Below, in pieces: positions 25,201 through 37,300 of a stretch of 64,000 nt of DNA. Within the stretch, counting starts at the first letter, position 1. The number at the start of each line of letters is the position of its first letter. Position numbers and translations under genes: made by a program. This stretch comes from Phoronis australis (lineage: Eukaryota > Animalia > Phoronida), in contig NMRA01000421.1 of NCBI GenBank assembly GCA_002633005.1, positions 76,171 through 140,170 of the forward strand. The letters are read 5' to 3'. The notes under the pieces were generated by a model that worked only from the letters and a program-made list of their open reading frames with translations, had not been told where the DNA came from and ran no database searches.

Positions 25201-28200
25201 TGTCTTTTGCAGCTGTCAGGATTCGCTGAAATAGCAGTCGTGGATCCACTTGTGAAAAATTACTATTAGAAGCAGGAATTGATTGACATGTCATTGCCAC
25301 AACCTTTCTTTCTGAATGTGAAGTCTTTCACATTTGATTCCTCTATAGACAAGTGAACCGCCTTCCCCCCTTCTCTGGCATTTTCGGCACTGACGCATGT
25401 GCCCTGCAGTCACAAAGGTGGCGATGTTCTGTAATGTTTCTCTTTAAAATGGGTTACTGTTGTGGAGGAATTTAACAAGGCTTCGGATGTCTTTGTCGTC
25501 ACGCGACTGTCTTGCCTGGGTACATTCTTTATGCTGCTGACTTGTTTCACTACTCAAGTTTGTGACAGTCTACATGGCACCATTTATACTTGAGCATGCC
25601 GGCAAGGAAAGCAGCCACGGTGCACTCTGTGTATCTCCCATTTCGCAACCTCTGGTGAAACCTCTTGTCGTTTTAATACTTTTCATGAGCGTTTGTTCAA
25701 TTACAAGATCATATCTCATTATGACAAGCCTGCCCAGAGTCTATCACTTTGTCTCATGATGTGTTGGCCGTAGACGTTTGGACGTGTGTCTTTGATTTGC
25801 TACGTCTGCTGCAAGTATATGTATGAAGATGTTGCATAAGAGTTGTGACCAGCAGCTGCAAAGTAAGGCAGCATTTCAGAAACTGCTTTTAGATGAAGCT
25901 CCCAATCTGACGTTATTTCTGCGTTTAAAAAAGTCGAAGGATGTTAATTATCTTCATATACTGTAGCCAAAGACTAATGAATCGACTTTGCAAGGACAAG
26001 TCTGATTTATGTGCTTAGATTTTTTATGAATACCCACAAGACACTCCGACTAGCATACATCGTCGCACACAGACGTCATGCCAGCAATAAGATCATCATA
26101 CCTCTTCAGACCAGCTCTCAAATCCTCATGAAGAATATCATTGGCCATTGATTCTTCTGATGAACTATTCTCTGTCATTGCGAATTCTGAAGACCTATAC
26201 TGGGATTCAGTCGTGTTTGAATAATTATACCAATGGCAGTAGGTCGGAAGCATCGTGAGGGCATTCCACTGTAATCCAAGGTTCAGAATCGGAAGACACT
26301 GGCTGGGCATGGCATGCCCCAGAGTATACATCTAGTTTTGTGATCAGTTGGGATGTCTGGGATGTCTGAAGAACCTGTCTCCAAATTCTGACTAGCCCAA
26401 GTTTGTGTACAAGCATTGAACTGCTCCACGTCTTCGCATGGAATCTGTGTGTTCTGTGTTGGTGACATTCCGGACTCCTGGAATTTCTGAAGAACCTGAA
26501 TTTCTTTCTTCATAGGTTTTGATTGGTGTTACTTGATCTGTCAATATTTGGAAGTGGGATGTTGTTATGATAGCATTCAGTGCTGAGTCTACCAACATAT
26601 GGCCCTTCACTGCTCTATCCAAACTTTTTCCATTTATCTTAGGATCACACTGTTTGATGCATACACTGTCTCAAGAACGTTTTGAAGCCCTGTGCCTGAC
26701 ATTACGTATCCAATACATCCCAGAAAGCTCGTCTCAGTATGAAATCTTCCAAGCCTGGCTAAGAACAAGTGACTGCAGATCACTGTCGTTTTGTTTGCTG
26801 GCACTAATTTCCTCTAAAGTCAGTTACCTATGTTCATACAAAGCATGCATATTAAACAAATTGTGAGTCCTAACTATTAAAATTTTATTAATAACTTTTT
26901 GTTACACAACCCTATTTGTTTTTCATCATATTCAGGTGAAATCAGCAGCCAAATTCCCAATAAATGCTAGCAGCAGACGAAATCGTTGCATGGGAACTTC
27001 TAATGATATCTCCAATAGCAGAGAAAAAAGCCAATTTCTGCCCAATTTTATTAAGGATTTTTGTAATGAATAAGCCAATAACTCCACCAGAATAACATTT
27101 TTTCTAACAAATATTGTTTTTCATACCTCAAATGAATATATTTTACAGAAAAATAACTGAGTTTGTGAAATTTATTATGACAATTTAACTAAAGCTTTTA
27201 CTGAAAAACACACCAACTTTTATGTTATGTAATCTAAAACGTGATTAAAATTCCACACTTAGTATCTAAATCTTAAAAACAAATTATAGAAACAATCAAC
27301 TCATTAACCCTGACTGTAGATTGTAAAATGTTTTGTGTAAATGCGTATCAGGTTACAAACAAAGTTTGCAGAACGTAAATGCGGTAAATTCGGGTTTGTG
27401 AATTGGCAGCTATTTTGGCGGCCATTTTGTCAGCCATCTTGATTTTTTTCTCGCAAACCCGTGACCAATTGTAAGGTCCAGATATTTTCAATTGTCTAAC
27501 TTACAAAAGAATAAACTTTTGCCATTTTCAGGGAAAAATGTAAAAAGAAATCTTGCAACATGTACCAAATTGCCGTTTCGGCCGCCATTTTGTCGGCCAT
27601 ATTGGTTTTATTTTACGGAAAATTGGCATCTTTTGATTGGTATGCCTGTTATGAAAAGTGTATAATCAATGACAAACTTGATTGTTTTATTTTTAGCTGT
27701 TACATAAGAGTGATATGCCAGAAAACAGTAAACACCGGTTTTGTCGGCCATTTTTCCGCCATCTTGAAAATCCGACTTCCGCCACTCCGATTTCGGTAGA
27801 TTTTTTTTCTGAAACCAAGGGATGTTTGAAGATGCCATTTATGCAAAAAAACCTTCTGCTGCAATTTTTTCAAGGTTGGGCCCTCTGGAGCCCTGGAATG
27901 ACTGGACTAGCAGTTCTGGCATCACATCAAAAGGTCCCTGATTCTCAGATTATGTTTTTTTCACCTGACATAGATTTACTGGTACTCGTCATTGCATATT
28001 ATGACAGGCTTCTTAGAAATACTTCAGTCCCAATGGCATCTGGGATTGTGGCCGTGATTCCAATATGGACATCATTAGGTGCTGTCTGGGCAAACGATCT
28101 TCCTGCTTTCCATGCTTTTACATCGACAAACAACACTGGTCCGTTCTGTAGGTTGAAGGCAAACACTGATGATATCAATGCACAGCAGACTTTTTGTACT

Positions 28201-29320
28201 GCTTATGAAGTAACAGGTGAGCCTCTTTTCACATTAACCCCTTTTACATGTGCATACTCGCCACAGGGTATAGACACAAATAGCATCCCAGAGCTGAGAT
28301 GATACCTCTTATGTAAACATATGGCTGACAGCGACAAACGTCCACCAACCATCGGTACTTTGAAACAGCACGTGCTGAGGGTGTTTATTCAAGCCAGAGT
28401 GTGAGGCCAGGCAGTAATTGCTCGGCAGGATTTCCTTGGCCCATTGCAGAATGAATTTTCAAGGACAAAGATGACCAGCTGAAACCCTCACAACTGAGGA
28501 ACTTCCGGCGCCAGAGGCTATCATTGTGATGGTTAAATGCCAGTGCAAAAAGAATTCCTCTTCCCAAAGATGCTCCTGTCGATCAAAGGAGCTATCTTAC
28601 ACAGATCTATATCAATATAGTGCAGAATGTCAGAATGGTGATGATGATGTGACTATAGTAATGATCTATAGACTTATTTCAAACTTTTGAAAGACTATTG
28701 ACACTACAAAAAACATACTTTCGCGTTCTTAAATCGTAAATAAGTTGTTTAGGTACTGGTTTAGTTTTAAGTGTCTTGAAGGAAACAAGCTCCAAACAAA
28801 ATATACAAGAAAGTAAGATAGTGATCGTATTTGTCGAATTACATGAAGAATGCATTTAGAAAATGTGGCTGCTGATAAATGGGGTTTTGACTATGTTTAT
28901 CATTTAATAAGTTGCATTTTCAGATTTATTGACCACAAAAATGTGGGTGCAGCCATTAAAACTAACATTGTAGGTGACCCACGAGCAAAGATACCGAGGA
29001 AAATGTATTTTTCGGGCGCCATTTTTAAAAATCCAAGATGGCCACCAAGATGGCGCCCTAAAATTGAAATTTCCAATTCCTTGACCTGAGAAATGCAGGT
29101 CTAGCCATAAAAACCAACATTCTAAATGACCCAAAAGCGGAGATATTGGGCAAAATCCATTTTACGGGCGCCATTTTTGAAAATCCAAGATGGCCACCAA
29201 GATGGCCGCCAAAAATGGAATCAATTATTTTCTGATTTTTCATTCCATGAGATTTCCAAAAATGTATATTTTCCACTTTCCCCAAAAAATTCCAACAAAA
29301 TTACACAACAAACCTGACTA
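22204..29320 (+). mobile_element. Decayed Academ-type transposon, middle element B (5'-truncated, interrupted by element C)
   Basis: Plus-strand fragments DQKHAIGHYEF..PTAMFASSGAML, LVLDTHKDNSLK and NNHEKADTLLIH before element C. After it: AVLASH...FFSPDIDLLVLV, LPAFHAFT, PPTIGTLKQHVLR and Cys finger KCQCKKNSSSQRCSC. Right terminus ...AACCTGACTA at 29320, preceded by ~150-bp subterminal repeats. Confidence 0.8.
22819..27909 (-). mobile_element. Decayed Academ (AcademX-type) DNA transposon, innermost nested element C, with both termini and a TSD
   Basis: Termini TAGTCCAGTC (22819) and GACTGGACTA (27909), with further imperfect TIR similarity (TGCAnCAGAAGGTTTT...TGCAT). Flanked by 3-bp TSD GCA (22816-22818, 27910-27912). 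Minus-strand fragments: RLGRFHTETSFLGCIG, RAVKGHMLVDSALN, LWLQYM...WELHLKAVSEMLPYFAAAGH, IEQTLMKSIKT, DPRLLFQR, VVFDGY, AQGDADVLII...ANDTDLLV (XPG/PIN-like), and a C-terminal Cys-rich finger RCSCKTNCSSKRCTCKK...CGECRG. Many stops and frameshifts. Confidence 0.85.
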
Positions 29321-32300
29321 AGTGGCGGTGACGTCTATACGTCTACGGTTACTACCAGATCCACAGTCCATAATTACACGCTCGCAAGGCAATTTCTCTG
29401 CCGCTCTCCACTTGTTTTGCTATCATTCCGATGACAATTACCACAATATCTGTGTCAGAAGCCCTGATTCATGCATTGCCATTTGAGTTGGCTAACTGGA
29501 AGGCAAAAAGCGTGCCGGCTTCTTCGTGGGAGCCTTGAAGATCCGGTGGATGATCATCTGCCATGGTACCACTGTACGAAAGGCAAATGCAGTTGCCACC
29601 ATGTGAAACAAGTGTTTTTCCCCAAAATTGATCCACATCAGTCTTTTTTGCCATTCTTGTAGCAGGAAGGTTGCCACATTGTCCCGTTCTGCAACATTTT
29701 TTGTAATCTGTCTGGGTGTTTGCTCTGGGCCATTGATGACGAAAGGTTGGTCTTCTGTTCCACGCAATTGCCGTTCACTACTCTTCAGCGAGAGCGTTTT
29801 TATGTATCAATTAAGACATGGACCTCCTTACTTTAGCTTGCACGGACGTAAGGTAGAAGGCTTCGGGCCAGATTTCCATAACATACACTTGAAGACAGAA
29901 ACGAATGCAGCAAGAGTCCCCCATCTATTATGGTCACGTCAATCAACGGAGCAGGTGTTTCTGAGAAGCCTCCTTGGAAACTCTCCAATTTACCTAGCAA
30001 CTTACTTTTTCTGTCTTGATCATGGATCCGTCAGAGTGCGCAATGGACAGTGGATACTGCGTAATTGGAAACGTCATCACATACATCATGTCAAAAGCTG
30101 ACATATCCGAAATGACAATGAATAAACGAATGAAAACGTCTCGAAGGCTCTCAGCTGTTGACTTGTCCTTGGCAAGAAGCTGCTTCTTGTATATACTTTC
30201 TCTTGCAAAGGTGTTTTCGTCTTCTAATGGGCTTCAAAAACCTCTTCTTATCAGTTGAACAATGGTCTTGGAATTCCAGTCGCAGTTTGCGTCCAGCATC
30301 AAGGCACGTGGTTAAATACTCTGGTTTCTTGTGCGGCTACTTTACCAGTTGCAATATTCAGCAAATAATCGACTGTTGTTGGTGGCTCCAAAAAGGGGTC
30401 ACAGGAATTTGAAATTCCATTCATCAGTTGGTCTTTGTCGCCCGTATCTTTTTCAATTCCAGAATCATTCGAGTTTGCGGTGCGACGTTTTTGAACTGGT
30501 CGACAAAAAGACAATCCCATCCAGCGTAATTAAGTCGATTCAGACCAAAAAATGTTGTTTTGTGCGCAAAGCACGCGTCAGATTTCTGTGGACATGATTA
30601 ATCATGTATACATAAAGTCCCAGAACTTAGCAGTTGGGTCAAGTTTTCCGCACAGTGCGTCTGTAAAGAATGAATTCTATTCATGCATGTTGGGTGTGTT
30701 CTCAGGAACTCTTCGTGTCTGTCATTACCTTCAGGGACCAACGCCACTTCTTTGATATCATCTTGCCTTTCAGTAGGAAGAGTTGACACAAAGCTCTAGT
30801 ACATTTTCCTCTCCATTTCTAGCGCAAGAATGTTGTGAATTCTAGTACAACGGTTGTAGTATTTACCACGGATGAAACCCACCAATGGTTAAAAATTTGG
30901 AGGGTTTCTACCCACCCCAACCAGAGTGTATTTATTTTGTCTGTCGTAGAGCATTTAGTGACTAGTGACGCTGCGGGATCGCTGGATATGTTCAAGACAC
31001 ACTCTCAAGTCTACACCGGAAGTCTTGGATTACAAAAATCGTTTACGTCAAATGCTAGTGTAATTGAAATTTAAAAAAGCGATGATGACCAAACAACTCT
31101 TTCATTTTGCCAAGGTAATAAATTCGAGATTATCTGTTGTCGAAAAGCTAAGAAAACAGGGAATTTAAGGAAGCTGTCAGGGGATCCCTGAGGTTCTTTA
31201 CTTTTACTCCGCTAGGAGGCGCAGTATAAACTGTAAATACTAGCATTAGTGTAACCAGAAGCAACTTCGGAAACCTATCTAAAACCCTACTTCAACCAGA
31301 GAATCTATTTACTTACACTACGCCTGGTAGTTTTTAGCTTGTGTTCAAAAATCCACTAAACGTCAATTACTATGTGGGCACTCTTAGTAAAAAATGTGTG
31401 TAAAAAGTCATTTTTTCAAATTTTGGCTGGAATAAAAGACTTTTTTGCCCTAGGTTCTTATACTTCCTCTCAAATGAAGATCGGTTGTGCCGTAAGTATT
31501 GCACCTCTTGATATTAGGGTCAGGAGTCAAGGTTACTTAATAAACCCGCCGCTAGTAGCAGGAACTCAACAAATTGTTTCCATTTTTCTTCTTTTCTTCG
31601 ATCCACCGAATTGGCAGAAAAATACTGTGAGCCCCCCATACTGTAATGTAGTGGTTGCGCCCTTCAACTTAGGGTTATATAATTTTGTACATGACAACCA
31701 ATAACTATTTGACGTCACGGCTATAATCGCAATAATGCAGCTGAGAAGGGAAAGCAGGTTGCACGCGTAGTGACCGGTGTTAAAACAACAATGTCGCTGA
31801 ATTACTTTGAGAAAATATGGGATGAAGATTATCCGGGTAAATCTCAATATTTTCTTTTTGCACTCGAAAGATTTACATTAGCAACCCGAGTATGAATACG
31901 TCACAAAGAGGCCTGCTGGTCACCATCTCTAAACAATGATTCGAGTAAATGCATGTTTAGTAAAGTCTCAGAGTAAATAAAAGTTTGTGTAAAACTTGGT
32001 GGCCCTCGTTTTGCTGACGACACCATTAAGTTTGTACTGGTTTAGAGTTTCCTGACGACACCAAAAAAATTTACTGTTTACTGTTTGCATACAACACCAT
32101 TTAATTTGCAAAGATCTATAAATAATCTTGAACTATACTGTAAAAATTGAAGTTAGTCATTAATATGAAAAAAAAATTCGTTTTAGTGTTCTGTTAAGAT
32201 GGCATTTTGAGAAACTCTTTTTGTATAAGTACAATGTAAAGACAGCAGCGTCTAACTATAAAAAACTTTGTTATAAAGTTAATTGTTAAAATGTGTAGAC

Positions 32301-33649
32301 GCAATAAGTTTATCAGAGCAAACCCCCAAATCCATATTTATTACGAAAACACATGTTGCAGTTTGAAGAGGTACCGTTATAATCACCTGGCTAAATAGCT
32401 TTTATACATGTAGCTAAGCCTTAAACCAATACTGCAATATGATTCAGAGATATGGGGCTCTCATCCCCCAGCAGATGTGGAAAGTTTACACTGAAAGTCT
32501 GGTAAAGTCTTGTTGGGCCTTGGGCAAAAGGCCCCTTACCCATTGGCCATGTTGGGCACACTGTGCACACTCGTCTGGTTGAAAGTGCTTAATTTTGGTG
32601 AGAAAAGGTTCACAAAAATGTCTTACAATTATCAATATATTTTAGCTGTGCGAAATATGAACTGTTGAGCGCGACATGTACGTGTGAAGAACTAACTGTA
32701 AAATTTAGAAACTCAGTTGGTTGCAGTGTAGAGATTATTTTGAGAGTTTCAGCAACAAAATTTAAGCATTGGTAGAGTATGAAGTAGTGGCATAAGGAAT
32801 TATAGAATGTTAGCAAATTAGATATTTACAGATTATGCAAACACCAGTGACTTGTAGAACAGTGTGTAAAAACTAGAAAGTATCAGAAACCTTTTGAAAG
32901 ATTTAGATGTTCGAAATATAAAGAGAAAGGAGTTTGGAAATTCCAAAATTTAATCATGTAAGGATAATTGTTATTCACACCTTGTAGAGGACGAATATTG
33001 TTTTCAGTAGAGTTCCCGCGTAATGATGATCTAGGAGCAAATTTCAAGATAGTAAGCATGAACTGCGAAAGTACCTTACAACATTTGATACTGAAGTGGA
33101 CTAATTTAGGTTTAAGTTGGTGCTGGTAGCAGGAGAGACGATGCCGACGAGTAAGTTTTTGTAACGTACAATATCTATATGGGCCGGAATGCACAAGCAA
33201 GATCTGGTCTCGTTGGCGGGCTCTGTACTACACTTTCTATTGTTCCATGGATAGCAAATATGCACCAGGAGAACAGTATTTAATACAGAAAATGTATTTT
33301 TACTTAACGTAACCTCAAAGATTGTTGCTTACCCTTTACAATTACCTAATATTTGATGTAATCTGACATGTCTGTCGACCAATCGCTTGTTTTTGCGCGT
33401 ATAGAGCGATTATGAAATTAGAAAAGGGCACTTTAAAAATCTAGATAACTGTGATATTCTTCATTGCAGGGGCAGTACTGTGCAATCTTAATTTTGTGAC
33501 CTGCACACACACACACTCACGTATTTTAAGACTTTTTGAAGCGGTACCTTTTAATTATGTTACGGCAACGTTTTCGACCCAATTGATTTAAAACCATGAC
33601 CATTCTTTCTATCAGCTCACGTTATTTTTGTCCTTTGAAGAAATCTGAT

Positions 33650-33661
33650 GGGTGTGTGTAT

Positions 33662-33713
<52 letters not shown>

Positions 33714-33839
33714 GTGGGCGTGCGTGCTTGCGTATGTGCTTGCGTGCGTGTGTGTGCGTGCGTGTGTGTGCGTGCGTGTGTGTGTGTGTGCATGCGTGCG
33801 TGTTTGCTTGCCTGCGTGCCTACGTGCGTGTGCGTGCGT
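33650..33839. repeat. (TG)n/(TGCG)n microsatellite
   Basis: Read directly from the sequence. Confidence 0.97.
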
Positions 33840-34377
33840 AGTTCTAAAAACAACATGGACATTGCAATTCCGTAACTGATAACGCCGTATATTTAACGTT
33901 GCCACCATGATGCAACATGGATAAAATTCTTGAATAGAGAAAATAAATCCACTCTTTTAAAACTATAAAAATAACGTTATGTTGACGTCCAAACAACGTA
34001 GTAAACGCGGCATTGAAAATAGCATGTTTGAGCGCGTACTTGAAAATATTTATTTTTGTTGGAAAACTTATTTTAACGCTTTACACGAAATGAATGTTAG
34101 ATTTTCGTTCAAATTTTGCAGCAATTATGCAAAAGGTAGAGAGCAACAAAAATTCTAAAGTTATAAAATTACATGAAGTTAATGTGATTAGGCTGCGTGA
34201 AACCACGTGCTCGAATTTCAAGGTTTCTTGGTAATAAAAATTTAACGTCGTCACAGCCTTGTGAAAAAAAACATAACTATAACATAATTATCCCCTTAAC
34301 GCTGTGCGTTTTTCGCCATCGTCACAATTAAACCCACTTTAATATCAGAATAATTTTAAAATGCTCACTTTACTTAC

Positions 34378-37300
34378 TTGAAAAAGTCCAATCCGTGTGA
34401 GCAATTGACTTCGTCTTCACCATTACGACAATCCATCACGCCGTCACAACGATTACTTATGGAATAACAAGATCCGTCGTTGCATTGTCCTTGAGTTGAA
34501 CTGCAGGTGTCAAAACGTTCTGCCACTAGATGTTCGCACAGTGCATTTAGTGGCCTCCCGTTGACACTAATAGTTTTGATACCATTGCAGTCAGCCTTCG
34601 ACACTTCCCACTTTGTGACGCATTTCGTTAAAACATCCCACGGACAATCCATCGGTTTCAACAATTGGCAGTCTCCCGAGACGGTTTTCCTCAGCCATAC
34701 TGAGCCAAATTCAACGTGATGATTCCAAAGACGTAAAATACTGTTCAATGTTTCCACGTCAGAGACAGTAGTCAGAAATCCGTTGTTTTCGTAACACATT
34801 GCCTTGGCGTCTTCGTATGACACTGTGATATCAACAGGCTTTGTGCTTGTTACCATTTGCATGCACCGTGACGATATGAAATTCCAACCTTCAGGGCACA
34901 TTGATGGTGTTTGAAATCCATACCGCTGTTTAGCCAATGTTATGGTTTGATTAACAGGGTCTGTCTTGCAGATAGCAGACCCATGGTTGAGAGGAAAGTT
35001 ACACGGCACCATGAACCAACTCTGACCGTAATAAGGATTACGTATGAGCATGAGTCCACATCTGTTTCCAGGGCTAAGATTTGGTTGTCGCACCGAGGCA
35101 CTCATAATCGGTCTCATGACATTCTCCCGAAGGTTAATCGATTCATCTCTGAATGGTTCTGCAATATCACCGGGGGCGTACCAACTGGAAAAGGATAATG
35201 GTTTCCCATTAGACCATCGAATTTTCTTACCATCAGCTACGAGGCCAATAAAAACAGCAACGTATGGGACTTTAGAATAAACATAGCGCTTCCAGTCACC
35301 TTTAAAGAAGCTCATCACTTGCTGCATCTCTTTTTCGTTTTCAATGTCTAAAAGATCACCACCGTCTAGAAGACACTTTTGTCTTGCAGAGTGCCATGAG
35401 TTCGTATTTAGATAAATTTTATAACAACTCCCCTGGACGAAGATGTAGTCCTTCCTTTCACAATAAAGTGTGTTGTTAACTCGTTCAGGTATTTCCGCAG
35501 GGCGAAAGAAATATTCCATAGTGGTGATACTGTTCCAAGATTCTGGATTAATGGTAATGACCACCCAATCGGCTGATATCGTATTTACTCGTAAACGCCT
35601 CGAGCCTTGTGTGGAGCAAAGGTGCTCATATACGTACGTTGACGAATGTTTGGGGTGGCCAGTAAGAAACTGTGGGTAGCCATAATATGGTTTCTTTGTC
35701 ATCATATCACTAATCTGCATGTTAGCGCAAGACCATGTATCGATTATTATTTCAAAGTAAGACGGAAAAAGTGTTTCTTTCGACATACCGTAGAACTTTA
35801 TAGGCCCAAAATAAAAGACTGTGAAGGTTTCGAGCACCCATTTTGTTACACCCTTGTGATTCACAGGTTGCACGAATCCACAGGCTCCATGAAGGTGAGT
35901 TGAGCCGCGTAAAACCCTGTACGGCGGATACAGCGAACATGTCGTATTCCATCCCAAATTGAGAAATTTAAACTTAAATCGCACAGCAAAAGTGGGATCC
36001 GAGGTGGCGTAACTTGTCATGAAGGTAAGGGCGCGATGGATTAACGCACTGCCAAACAGTCTCTTTTTCCGAGACAATTCACATTCAGGAATATTGTATC
36101 CAATTCGGAAAAGTGATGAGTTCGAAGAATCACAACCTATTCCGTAAGTAAACAGGGTATCTACTGTGTAAGTGTACTGCAATTCTGAACCACCCACAAA
36201 TTCCACATACTGATATTTCTTATTATGCTGTGAAGGGATTCGCTGAATAACGATGCAACTAGCAACAGGTAAAACGTAGTAATTTTTTGTACCAACTAAA
36301 AATAAACCCTTGCAATCAAATTCGTCAACTGTAGCATTAGCAACATAATTTCCAAGTTTTAATCCCATGCCTCGTACTGCGTAATAAGTCAACGTAAGAT
36401 AACGCGAAGAAGTTACGAAGTAGTTGATGATGCGTCCGCTGCTAGGTTCTTTTCCAGAGGCTGAAAACCTTCCGCAGTATGGACCAAACGACTGTGACGT
36501 TTCCACGTCTTTGCCATCGAAAAGAAATAGTCCTTCATAGGAACAGTCGTCTACAGGATTCAGGTTTAATTCGAAAAATGTAATTCGAAGATAACTCTTA
36601 GTACGTGCAGCCATAAATCTCCAAACGCACTGTCCTTGAAAGTCTGCTACGATATCTACGTAAAAATGTATAACTAGGTATGTATGCACTATCTGGTGGA
36701 TATGTTTAGGGTAAAGTTTACGGCACATTGTTGCTGAGTTCGGAACATCGCCAAGGTCGACAATCAGTCTAACATAAACAAGTTTGAAAGGGTCTGGAAC
36801 TACAATCCTGATCATGTTGTGGGTTTGATTCGACTGCACGGTGTACTTGTTTACAACGCCGTTCAACTGGGCGCTAAACAACGAAGTGTTTGAAAAAGAA
36901 TGAAAGCCACTAAATAATTCAATACTGCCGCTCAGTTGCTGCTTCGCAACTTCAATAAAAAATACACTTGATTTAGCACTGGGTGAAACAATGTGCCACA
37001 GATAAGTGAAATATGTATTACTTTCGAAATGTTCTATGAAGGACGGCTTATGTCCTTCAGTAAAGAGTACCGTCGTCGATGATTTCAGAGCCAACTCGTA
37101 TGCTCCGACCTCAGACACATTAGTATCTTTGAGAACTTCTTCATATTTCGCCCTAAAGTTTTGGTTCTCAACAGTGAGAATAACTTCAAGGTATACCCTT
37201 GATGTTTCTAAAATAAGGGTGAAGGGGTACATTGGCGCGCAGTAACGTTTAAGAACTGGTGATAGGTTATTTGTTCCATTATATATCACCATTGTCGCTC

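Larger units (their letters stand above)
20900..31554 (-). mobile_element. Decayed Academ-type transposon, outer element A (interrupted by B and C; low-coordinate boundary uncertain)
   Basis: Minus-strand fragments LLNIATGK, FPITQYPLSIAHSDGSMIKTEKSKLL, GSHEEAGTL, IRASDTDIVVI and IMDCGSGSNRRRIDVT (to 29321). They resume at ~22203 with TAALYRKGKMRPLEIL, then LLPPCRETLLNKLKRAHYVA and DPLNYGW. Candidate 5' terminus TAGCGGCGGG on the minus strand at 31554; partner terminus not found. Confidence 0.7.
18831..34377 (-). other. 15,547-bp phase-2 GT-AG intron of the GPCR gene
   Basis: Donor GTAAGT and pyrimidine-rich acceptor ttttccAG. Splicing gives ...NCSHGLDFFK-CADGQEIHMSHYCDFKADCSDGSDESWC, an LDLa repeat read in frame. 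Total CDS is 5694 nt = 1897 aa + stop. No additional internal exon is required. Confidence 0.88.

Noticed and set aside
27715-28302. 195-aa ORF as a host gene
   Set aside because: It is a chimera reading from the element C TIR into the XPG-like region of element B.
32490-32580. Possible tRNA/CORE-SINE fragments (also ~42170-42270, ~46810-46960, ~47970-48130)
   Set aside because: A/B boxes and tails not clearly identifiable, and no second copy in the window to confirm.
33545-33620. Weak hammerhead/Penelope-like motifs on the minus strand (also ~38535-38592)
   Set aside because: Catalytic core and stems too degenerate to support a call.
33596-33908. Several CV/HT-rich ORFs
   Set aside because: Translations of a (TG)n microsatellite.
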